A DNA stretch of 32,000 nucleotides from Candidatus Omnitrophota bacterium (lineage in GTDB: Bacteria; Omnitrophota; Gorgyraeia; 2-01-FULL-45-10): positions 289,446 through 321,445 of the forward strand of contig JAMWCX010000003.1 of assembly GCA_023818895.1 (NCBI GenBank), read 5' to 3'. Under the pieces are notes generated by a model. The model saw only the letters and a program-made list of their open reading frames with translations, did not search any database and was not told the DNA's origin. The position numbers and the translations under genes were made by a program. How positions within the stretch are numbered: the stretch's first letter is position 1; each line of letters opens with the position of its first letter. Positions 5,956 to 14,649 of the stretch are shown piece by piece.

Positions 5956-5982
5956 TTAGCACTCGCATAGAAGGAGTGCTAA
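5956..5982. promoter_or_regulatory. CIRCE element (HrcA operator), perfect consensus
   Basis: TTAGCACTC (5956-5964) - N9 - GAGTGCTAA (5974-5982) matches the canonical CIRCE inverted repeat exactly. Lies 41 nt upstream of the first hsp20 start. Confidence 0.9.
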
Positions 5983-6022
5983 ATAATTAGATTCAGAACA
6001 GGAACGAAAGGGGGTGTTTGTT

Positions 6023-6493
6023 ATGGCACTTGTACCGTGGAGACCGAGGGATTTTTGGTGGGACCCGCTGTATGACCTGGATAACATCCAGAGGCAGATG
6101 AACAACCTTTTCAATCTCTCGCTTTCTCGCTTTCCGGAAAGGGAAGTAGGCCTTTTGGAGGGGGTGTGGAATCCCGCTATGGATATCTATGATTCTAAGG
6201 ATAACTTGCTCGTGAAGGTAGATATACCAGGGATGAAAAAAGAAGATATAGATGTTTCAGTTCACGGAAACACCCTTGTCATAAAAGGCGAAAAGAAGCA
6301 GGAACGCGAAGTGAAGGAAAAGGATTATGTAAGAACCGAAAGGTTCTACGGGACCTTTAACAGGGCAGTAACTCTTCCTGCCGCAGTGGATGCTGGTAAG
6401 GTCCAGGCAACGTACAAGAATGGTGTCCTTGAGCTTGTCTTGCCGAAAAAGGAGGAGGCCAAGCCCAAACAGATTAAAGTAGATGTGAAATAA
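6023..6493 (+). CDS. small heat-shock protein, Hsp20/alpha-crystallin family (paralog 1)
   Basis: Alpha-crystallin domain: PAMDIYDSKDNLLVKVDIPGMKKEDIDVSVHGNTLVIKGEKK...ERFYGTFNRAVTLP...ATYKNGVLELVLPK. ATG 6023 is preferred over the track's GTG 6014 because AAAGGGGG at 6007-6014 is a Shine-Dalgarno sequence 8 nt upstream. Confidence 0.9.
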   Translation: MALVPWRPRDFWWDPLYDLDNIQRQMNNLFNLSLSRFPEREVGLLEGVWNPAMDIYDSKDNLLVKVDIPGMKKEDIDVSVHGNTLVIKGEKKQEREVKEKDYVRTERFYGTFNRAVTLPAAVDAGKVQATYKNGVLELVLPKKEEAKPKQIKVDVK

Positions 6494-6536
6494 CCATCTT
6501 TAAAGACGAAATCCAGACGAAAGGGGGTGTTAAGTT

Positions 6537-6905
6537 ATGGCACTAGGTCTTAAAAAGAATGCCAAGCAAACCTTAGCGCAGATAGCTCCGCTGGTAACCG
6601 TGCGTGAAACAGATAAAGAGGTTATCCTCGAAGCCGAAATGGCGGGTCTGGATAAAGATAGCATTAAAATAGAGTTAAAAGGCGATGAACTCACGATAGG
6701 GGGTGTCCGTAAAAATGAAGATGTACCGAAGGGCTACACACCTCTTAGCAGAGAAAGATGCCCATTCGAGTACTCGCGGACGTTTGTACTGGGCAATGAG
6801 GTGGATAAAGAAAAGCTGAGCGCCCAGTATAATGACGGTGTTCTTAAAATCACCGTGCCCAAAAGTGAGAGTAATCAGCCAAAAAAGATACCTATTAAGG
6901 ATTAA
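6537..6905 (+). CDS. small heat-shock protein, Hsp20 family (paralog 2, short N-terminus)
   Basis: 122 aa. VRETDKEVILEAEMAGLDKDSIKIELKGDELTIGG...YNDGVLKITVPK. The translation-initiation region GAAAGGGGGTGTTAAGTTATGGCACT is nearly identical to that of paralog 1. Confidence 0.85.
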   Translation: MALGLKKNAKQTLAQIAPLVTVRETDKEVILEAEMAGLDKDSIKIELKGDELTIGGVRKNEDVPKGYTPLSRERCPFEYSRTFVLGNEVDKEKLSAQYNDGVLKITVPKSESNQPKKIPIKD

Positions 6906-6980
6906 GAATGGCGGGCGCCTGAGGCCTAGAAGGACTGCCTCACGCGCCCAGGAGCTATGTGTTTCGAGGTGGTGAAGACA

Positions 6981-7628
6981 ATGAAGATGAAAATATTGAT
7001 CGGAGTGGTTATTCTGCTTTTATTAGTGCTGATCGGAGAGACGGCATATATTCTGTATATAGGGAAAGAACCGAATAGAGTAGGTATCCAAAAGACATCA
7101 AAAGCTCCGCATTCAATAGTTTCTCTCAAAAGGCATCCTATTACCCTATACGAAGAGGCCTATGACGAATGGGATCCTTTTGAAGAGATGAGGCTTATGC
7201 AAGCGCAGATGAACCGAATATTTAGAAATAGTTTTTCCCGCGCCTTGCTGAGTCAAGCATTTCCTGTGTCAAAACGAAGCGCTTTTTTTGAGCCGGATAT
7301 AGACTTTGAAGACAGCGGTAAATTCTATATAGCAAGAATAGACCTCCCCGGGATGGATAAAGATAAAATAAATATAGAACTAAAAAATAACATGCTGACC
7401 ATATCGGGCGAAAGGAGTATAGAGCGCGAAGAGGCTCGACCTGCCGATCAATTCTATTCTAAGGAAAGAAGTTTCGGATATTTTTCAAGAACTATCCCGA
7501 TGCCGGCTGACGCCAAAAGCGAGGGCATGACGGCAGAGTATGACAAAGGGGTGCTTGTAATAAAAATTCCGAAGGAAGACGTAGGTGTATCAACTCAAAA
7601 GGCATCCACAAAAATCAGAGTAGATTAG
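6981..7628 (+). CDS. Hsp20-domain protein with an N-terminal hydrophobic anchor or signal (paralog 3)
   Basis: MKMKILIGVVILLLLVLIGETAYILY is followed by a roughly 90-aa linker and an alpha-crystallin domain (PDIDFEDSGKFYIARIDLPGMDKDKINIELKNNMLTISGER...AEYDKGVLVIKIPK). ATG 6981 follows GAGGTGG; the track start 6957 is possible. Confidence 0.8.
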   Translation: MKMKILIGVVILLLLVLIGETAYILYIGKEPNRVGIQKTSKAPHSIVSLKRHPITLYEEAYDEWDPFEEMRLMQAQMNRIFRNSFSRALLSQAFPVSKRSAFFEPDIDFEDSGKFYIARIDLPGMDKDKINIELKNNMLTISGERSIEREEARPADQFYSKERSFGYFSRTIPMPADAKSEGMTAEYDKGVLVIKIPKEDVGVSTQKASTKIRVD

Positions 7629-7653
7629 AATGCGAGAAGAAGGAGGGCAATTT

Positions 7654-7746
7654 ATGGATTCGTTTATGTATGTCCAGAATTATTGCGCCCTTCTTTCATA
7701 TATTTATGAAAAATGGAGGAAAAAGATAAGACAAAGAAGCAGTTAA
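7654..7746 (+). CDS. candidate 30-aa small ORF (MDSFMYVQNYCALLSYIYEKWRKKIRQRSS)
   Basis: A strong Shine-Dalgarno AAGGAGGG (7640-7647) lies 6 nt before the ATG. No homology can be judged, so support is only RBS plus ORF. Confidence 0.2.
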   Translation: MDSFMYVQNYCALLSYIYEKWRKKIRQRSS

Positions 7747-8067
7747 AAAGAGGGGCGCGTTTTTGAATAATAGTCTATCGCCGCAATCTATTAATAGATA
7801 TTCTGAAGGCTGTTGTGCGCATTAATTTATGAGGACAAAATAACACCTATCAAAAACGGGTCTTAAAAAACAATTTCAGATAAAACAAAGGCAGAAACTG
7901 AAAAGGCGCAAAGAGCGAAAACGCCTTTTGGAGAAGAAGCTGAACCCAGACGACTTCTTCTACGGCAGATACTATGTAGGGGATAGCGTTATCAAGTTCT
8001 GCGATAATCTGGTCAGGGGAACCGAAAGTTCCGCAGAAGCGGCATCCAAAAAATAAAATCAACCGGA

Positions 8068-8091
8068 CGCCGTAAAAATTTCTATACGGCG
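8068..8091. promoter_or_regulatory. inverted repeat CGCCGTA-N10-TACGGCG upstream of groES (candidate operator or stem-loop)
   Basis: 7-bp arms at 8068-8074 and 8085-8091, 46 nt upstream of the groES ATG. A TATATT hexamer at 8098-8103 follows. There is no U-tract, so this is not a classic terminator. Confidence 0.3.
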
Positions 8092-8136
8092 AAAAACTAT
8101 ATTGGAAAAATAAAACAGAAAAGGAGGGATTGAGGT

Positions 8137-8427
8137 ATGCAGATAGTGCCATTAGCCGACAGGGTATTGGTCAGGCCTCTCGAGGCTGAGGAGAAGACCA
8201 AGGGAGGGATAATTCTGCCGGATACCGCAAAAGAAAAACCGCAGGAAGGAAAAGTCATAGCTGTGGGCAAGGGGAAGGTATCAGACGACGGCAAGTTACA
8301 GCCTATGGAAGTTAAGGTAGGCGATAAAGTTCTCTATGGGAAATATTCCGGAACAGAGATCAAAATAGAGGATATAGAACATCTTATAATACGCCAAGAA
8401 GATATACTAGCGGTCATTAAGGATTGA
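8137..8427 (+). CDS. groES: co-chaperonin GroES
   Basis: [44 protein letters not shown]... is canonical GroES. AAGGAGGG RBS. Confidence 0.97.
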   Translation: MQIVPLADRVLVRPLEAEEKTKGGIILPDTAKEKPQEGKVIAVGKGKVSDDGKLQPMEVKVGDKVLYGKYSGTEIKIEDIEHLIIRQEDILAVIKD

Positions 8428-8433
8428 ATTTAG

Positions 8434-10062
<1,629 letters not shown>

Positions 10063-10077
10063 AGAAAGTTTCAAGAC

Positions 10078-10117
10078 AGCCCGCCACAAGCATTATGCCT
10101 GTGGCGGGCTTTTAATT
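10078..10117 (+). terminator. rho-independent terminator of groESL
   Basis: AGCCCGCCACA 10078-10088 pairs with TGTGGCGGGCT 10100-10110 (11 bp, GC-rich), followed by TTTAATTTT. Confidence 0.8.
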
Positions 10118-10215
10118 TTATGGTATCAGCCGGTCTTGATTACCGGCTGTGAAGAGACACGATTTGAAAATAGAAAGTAAGCGACTAGAATATAAAAGGT
10201 CGTAAAGATAAAAAT

Positions 10216-10237
10216 CGCACATTTATCGCACATTTAT
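10216..10237. repeat. tandem direct repeat 2 x CGCACATTTAT
   Basis: CGCACATTTAT at 10216-10226 and 10227-10237, immediately upstream of the -35 of the promoter at 10261. Confidence 0.8.
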
Positions 10238-10260
10238 TGCATAGTTTCCACCCTTTTAGT

Positions 10261-10289
10261 TTGACATCCAATCTGCCTTAATATAAAAT
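10261..10289 (+). promoter_or_regulatory. sigma70 promoter of the coiled-coil/ParA-like operon (TTGACA-N17-TAAAAT)
   Basis: TTGACA 10261-10266, 17-nt spacer, TAAAAT 10284-10289. Implies a leader of about 120 nt before ATG 10418. Confidence 0.6.
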
Positions 10290-10417
10290 ACCTATGTATA
10301 TCAATATTATATGGAAAACACACTGAATATTTTCATTTCCGAATTTCCACTCTGCAGCCGTCGGCGAAAACCATTGTATATCCCACAAAAAACCATCAAG
10401 CGATCCGGAGGTAACCT

Positions 10418-10783
10418 ATGTTAGGATTCAGCCTGGCAGAGGCAGTGTTGCTATTTTTTGCTATATCGATATGCCTGGGTCTCGTTATAGCATGGATATT
10501 GAAGTCAGAGGCAAGTAGAAACGTTTTCCGAAGGGAAGTGATGAAGCTTAAATCCCAGATTGATAAGCTCGAGCGCGACAGAGCGATACTTTTGGAAGAG
10601 ATGGAAAACGCCAGGGCTGGCGCTCCAGTAGAAGAAATCGGCAAGAACGCCATCACTGCCGCTGCGTTAAAGGAGATGGCGGATAAGAACGATGCCTTGG
10701 AAAGAGAAATAGCACGGCTTAAAGCCGAGCTCCAGGACGCTAAAAGTTCACTCGAAGAGGTATATAAGGCGCTGGTTCAATAA
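10418..10783 (+). CDS. membrane-anchored coiled-coil protein (121 aa), unknown function
   Basis: N-terminal TM helix (LAEAVLLFFAISICLGLVIAWIL), then a heptad-rich charged helix (KLKSQIDKLERDRAILLEEMENA..., EREIARLKAELQDAKSSLEEVYKAL). GGAGGT RBS 6 nt upstream. Confidence 0.75.
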   Translation: MLGFSLAEAVLLFFAISICLGLVIAWILKSEASRNVFRREVMKLKSQIDKLERDRAILLEEMENARAGAPVEEIGKNAITAAALKEMADKNDALEREIARLKAELQDAKSSLEEVYKALVQ

Positions 10784-10802
10784 ATTCCCCCGTCCATTTG
10801 AT

Positions 10803-10840
10803 ATTTGTGCTTCAAGAAACAATTTGTGCTGCAAGAAACA
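10803..10840. repeat. tandem 19-nt direct repeat (ATTTGTGCT[T/G]CAAGAAACA x2)
   Basis: 10803-10821 and 10822-10840 differ at one base. Located in the 84-nt gap before the 807-aa coiled-coil gene. Confidence 0.8.
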
Positions 10841-10867
10841 GGAACATAAAAATAGGCAGGTCTGGCT

Positions 10868-13291
10868 ATGAGCGAAATGTTCGATAAATTAAAAAAGATA
10901 GGAAGCGGCAAAGAGGACTTATCCCCGGATGCCATGAAAGGATCGGCAAACTTGGACGTAAAGGAGATGAAGAGACAGATCCTTGAGAAGCTAAAGGAGA
11001 AAAGAGCGGCCGCGCAGGCATCTCAAACCGAAATAAAACCTGCCGCTACTGCTGAAGAAACGCCGGCGACCATTCAAAAAGCGTCGCCTCCGCCACTGCC
11101 GGATGCGATTAAAGACGAGCTTGGCTCTCTCAGAAAAGAGATCGAAGAGTATCGAAGCAAGTTAGATGAGGAACGGGCCTCTTTACGGAAGACCGTCGAG
11201 CTTTATGAGGAAGTTAAGAAAAAACACGCCGCCTTGCAGAAAGAATGCGACTCTAAAAATGAGATTATACGGACCCTTGAAAGCCGTATCGCCCAAACGC
11301 CGAAAATTGACACAGATGCCCAGAAGCGTATGGACGCTATGTCAAAAGAGCTGGAGGCCGCCAGGCAGGAAATATCGGCTTACCGCGCCAAAATCGCCAG
11401 CATAGAAGACGATGCCAGGAAGGTGAGCGCGATTCGCGAGGAGGCGGCAAGACAGTCCGATAAGCTGCGGTCGGAACTTGCGGAAAAAGAGAGTGCCATT
11501 CAATCCCTGCAGAAAAGGCTTGCCGAAGAGTCGGCGAGTTTAAGGGAACAAAAGGACAAGGCCGCGTTGCAAGCGGAGGCCCTGAGAAACATGGAAAAGA
11601 AGGCCTCTTATGCAGATTCCCTTGCGCGGGAGCTTGAAACTGTCCGGAAAGAACTTGAGGGATATCGTTCTCAGTTAGGAGGCATCAAGTCGGAACACAA
11701 AAGCGCCGCCAAGGCAAGGGAGGACGCGTTAAGGCATTGCAAACGCATGCGTTCAGACCTTCAAAAGAAAAACGATATCATAGATGAGCTTCAGAAAAAA
11801 ATCGTTGCCTTGGCCGAAGAAATTAAGAAGGAAAAATCCAAAGCAAAAGAAGAGGCGGAGGTTTTCAAAACCAAGCTGTATCAAGCCAGGACGGAGCAGT
11901 CCGCTAAGATATCGCAACTGGAAGAGGCACTTAAAGCGCGCGATAAGAAGTTAGCAGAAGCCGAAAACATTAGTCGAGAGCTTGACGCGGCTCGAAAGAC
12001 GGCCGAGGATTATAAGATCAAGCTCGAAGCGTCCCAGGCGGAGATAGCAAGGATAAAGCAGCTTCACGAAGAGGCGATAACACATCATGATGTGCTACGG
12101 GAGGAACTTGGGAAGAAACAGGAAAGCCTGCAGGATGTTGAGAAAAGGCTCAATATGGAGATAGAAGAGCTTCGGAAAGAAAAGGAGAAAGCCGCCACCA
12201 ACGTTGAGAACTTGCGATCTAAGCTTTACACCGCGACGAAGGAAGCGAAAGAATATATGACGAAAATAGCGCAGCTCGAAGAGGCCGTCCGCGCAAGAGA
12301 CCGTAAGATAGCGGACCTTGAGAAACTCCAATCGGAAGCGGCTGGCGAAAAGGCGGACATCGAGAGTAAGCTGACGGCAGCCTCCGAAGAAAATAAGGCC
12401 TTGCGGGAAAAGATAGCCGCGATGCAGCAGGAATTCGAATCGCAAGGTGACAGGGCGGCAGAAACGGAGAGTAGGTGCAGGAAAATCGAGGGGTTGTTGG
12501 CGGAAACGGAGCTCAATCTACAGGCGAAAGAACGTGAAAATAAGAGTCTCGAGGCCAGGATATCGCAGCTCGGCTTGGAAATAGAGGCCAAAAACGCCAG
12601 ACTCGCTGAAGCCGAAAAACTGCACGAGGAGATGGAGCGCCTGGTCAACGATGTTACAGCGAAGTTCCAATCTGCCCAGAAGCAGCGCAAGGAGCTCGAA
12701 GATAGGATAGCGGCGCTTGAAAAGGAAATCGAGGCCAAAGACGCGAAGATAATCGAGATGGAACGGGCGCATAAGGAGTTGGAATCTCTGGGAGGAGACG
12801 TTGCGCTCCAACTTGAAACGGCAAGGCTTGAAAACAAGGACTTGACTATGAAGCTTTCGCATCTCAAAACCGAGATGGAGGCCAAGGATCTACGGCTTAG
12901 GGAAGCGGAAAAGCTTCACAAGGAGATAGAGGGGCTGATAAAAGATGTGACTTCAAAGATGCGCATAAACGAACAGGAGAAGCAGGAACTGGAAAAGCGC
13001 ATAGCGATCCTGGAAGGCGAGATCAATAACAGTGTCGAGAAGATGAGCCAGATGGAGAATCTCGCCAAGGAAGAGATCGGTAGGCTCACAGGCGAGATAG
13101 AATCGTTAAAAAATACCGTTAAGGAAAAAGAAAAAGCGGAGAGAGATTTCAGGATAACGATAGAGCATCTTGAATCCGAACTGAGCGCGCGAGACGCCAA
13201 AATAGAAGCCGATATAAAATATACGGAGAGAGTAGCCAGAGAAGTGAATGAATTGCGTAAGAAGCTTTCGGAAATGCAAAAGCAGAAATAG
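10868..13291 (+). CDS. 807-aa coiled-coil protein with internal modular repeats, unknown function
   Basis: Almost entirely E/K/A/L/R-rich heptad sequence after an N-terminal region of about 90 aa (Pro/Ala/Thr-rich from about residue 50). Modules of about 100 aa and about 49 aa recur, for example ISQLEEALKARDKKLAEAE vs IAQLEEAVRARDRKIADLE, and LEIEAKNARLAEAEKLHEEMERLVNDVTAKF vs TEMEAKDLRLREAEKLHKEIEGLIKDVTSKM. No TM segment or catalytic motif is seen. Confidence 0.85.
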   Translation: MSEMFDKLKKIGSGKEDLSPDAMKGSANLDVKEMKRQILEKLKEKRAAAQASQTEIKPAATAEETPATIQKASPPPLPDAIKDELGSLRKEIEEYRSKLDEERASLRKTVELYEEVKKKHAALQKECDSKNEIIRTLESRIAQTPKIDTDAQKRMDAMSKELEAARQEISAYRAKIASIEDDARKVSAIREEAARQSDKLRSELAEKESAIQSLQKRLAEESASLREQKDKAALQAEALRNMEKKASYADSLARELETVRKELEGYRSQLGGIKSEHKSAAKAREDALRHCKRMRSDLQKKNDIIDELQKKIVALAEEIKKEKSKAKEEAEVFKTKLYQARTEQSAKISQLEEALKARDKKLAEAENISRELDAARKTAEDYKIKLEASQAEIARIKQLHEEAITHHDVLREELGKKQESLQDVEKRLNMEIEELRKEKEKAATNVENLRSKLYTATKEAKEYMTKIAQLEEAVRARDRKIADLEKLQSEAAGEKADIESKLTAASEENKALREKIAAMQQEFESQGDRAAETESRCRKIEGLLAETELNLQAKERENKSLEARISQLGLEIEAKNARLAEAEKLHEEMERLVNDVTAKFQSAQKQRKELEDRIAALEKEIEAKDAKIIEMERAHKELESLGGDVALQLETARLENKDLTMKLSHLKTEMEAKDLRLREAEKLHKEIEGLIKDVTSKMRINEQEKQELEKRIAILEGEINNSVEKMSQMENLAKEEIGRLTGEIESLKNTVKEKEKAERDFRITIEHLESELSARDAKIEADIKYTERVAREVNELRKKLSEMQKQK

Positions 13292-13298
13292 GGGATAA

Positions 13299-14135
13299 GT
13301 GCAAGCGATAACTGGAAGCATTGACAGAATATTCGGATGGGTTAGGGGTGCCACAGGGCAGGCTTTTAAGGTCAAACAGGCGACAAAGCAGCTTTTCCTA
13401 AACTATAAGGGTGGCACCGGCAAGACAAGTATATCGGCAGCCTATGGTTATTATCTGGCGTCTATTGGCAAGAGGGTCCTCATGATAGACTTAGACGCGC
13501 AGGCTCACCTTACAACATGTTTTAATCAGACAAGCGCCCATCATGAAAAAAGCCTATATAGCGTCATAGTAAGAGGGGGCCGTATTTCCGAAATAATTGT
13601 TGACACGACGCTGCCCACTCTCAAGATTATACCATCCACTCTTTCACTCTCGTCGATGGAGCTCATGCTCTTCAGGATGCCTTACCGCGAATTCAGATTG
13701 CGGAGGGCGATAAAAGAAGTGGAACGCGATTTCGATTTTATAATAATAGACGCGGCTCCCAACATAGGCCTATTGAGCCTGAACGCGATATTGGCCTCAG
13801 ATGAGATATTAATACCGCTTCTGGCGGATTTCCTATCCTTTCACGGCCTTAAAATACTGATGGAGACACTAACTTCGATACAGAAGGACTTCGGTTTTTA
13901 TTTAAGGAAAATAGCGATATTCTTAAACAGGTACAACCCGGATTATGTCATCTGTAGAGAATGCCATGAGGCTATACACAAGCACTATCCCGATTATTCC
14001 CTCAAGACCGTTATACACGAATCTCACGATATAATGGACGCTACCAGCGCGGGGAAGTCCGTTTTTGAGCTAAATCCCGATTCGAGGGCAGCCAGGGACA
14101 TAAAGGAGCTCGCCCGGGAGATAAATGGGTTTTAA
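13299..14135 (+). CDS. ParA/MinD-superfamily P-loop ATPase (orphan ParA-like)
   Basis: Deviant Walker A LNYKGGTGKTSIS with the signature lysine, VLMIDLDAQAHLT (Walker A'), and FIIIDAAPNIGLLSLNAILASDEILIPL (Walker B region). GTG start, with an N-terminal extension of about 30 aa before the P-loop strand. No ParB gene or parS is seen. Confidence 0.85.
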   Translation: MQAITGSIDRIFGWVRGATGQAFKVKQATKQLFLNYKGGTGKTSISAAYGYYLASIGKRVLMIDLDAQAHLTTCFNQTSAHHEKSLYSVIVRGGRISEIIVDTTLPTLKIIPSTLSLSSMELMLFRMPYREFRLRRAIKEVERDFDFIIIDAAPNIGLLSLNAILASDEILIPLLADFLSFHGLKILMETLTSIQKDFGFYLRKIAIFLNRYNPDYVICRECHEAIHKHYPDYSLKTVIHESHDIMDATSAGKSVFELNPDSRAARDIKELAREINGF

Positions 14136-14184
14136 GATAAGAGGCAGATGATTAGTGTAAAAGTTATAAAATGCAGGAGAAGCC

Positions 14185-14637
14185 ATGAAGACAAGATTCG
14201 ATGAGAACGTGGCGGCCGAAATTCCAAAGACGAGGAGCCCGCAAGAACCTGAGCTACCGTGGAAGGTGACCGAGGAGGAGATAAGCAAAGTAGAGGGCGT
14301 GGATGAAGACTACAAAGTTGCCATAAGCGGCACTCCTCCATTGCATGCCAGGGCTATATTTATAGTGCTTCTTGTTGTTAGCATATTCATCGCCGTGTTA
14401 AACTCCGTTATCAGCACCGCCATAGAGAACAGCGAGATCCAGTTGGAGGCTATTAAAAAAGAAAGACAGGTCTCTTCACTTAAAGATAAGTTGCAGCGGA
14501 TTCAGACCGAAAAGGCCATCTTAAGTGACAATGCCGCCAAACTGGAAAAAAAAGTGAACGACTTGAACGCCCAAAAAGAACTCTACGCTTCCGTCATAGA
14601 GACACTGACTAAAAAGACGGACGATATCCAACCGTAA
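14185..14637 (+). CDS. bitopic membrane protein with C-terminal coiled coil (150 aa), unknown function
   Basis: Acidic N-terminal region, one TM helix (ARAIFIVLLVVSIFIAVLNSVI), then a coiled coil (LEAIKKERQVSSLKDKLQRIQTEKAILSDNAAKLEKKVNDLNAQKEL). AGGAG RBS. Confidence 0.75.
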   Translation: MKTRFDENVAAEIPKTRSPQEPELPWKVTEEEISKVEGVDEDYKVAISGTPPLHARAIFIVLLVVSIFIAVLNSVISTAIENSEIQLEAIKKERQVSSLKDKLQRIQTEKAILSDNAAKLEKKVNDLNAQKELYASVIETLTKKTDDIQP

Positions 14638-14649
14638 GGAAGAGTCACG

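Noticed and set aside
7850-8152. 100-aa minus-strand ORF in the spacer upstream of groES.
   Set aside because: Its only start codon lies inside groES. It has no RBS, and its sequence is Phe/Leu-rich AT-driven noise. The alternative plus-strand frame (…LEKKLNPDDFFYGRYYVGDSVIKFCDNLVRG…) has no ATG/GTG start or RBS, so it was not called either.
12095-12885. Minus-strand ORFs (116, 219 and 114 aa) inside the 807-aa coiled-coil gene, and 12916-13200 and 13106-13375 nearby.
   Set aside because: These are Ser/Leu/Phe-rich low-complexity translations produced by the antisense of GAA/AAG/GCN-rich coiled-coil coding sequence. They have no starts with an RBS.
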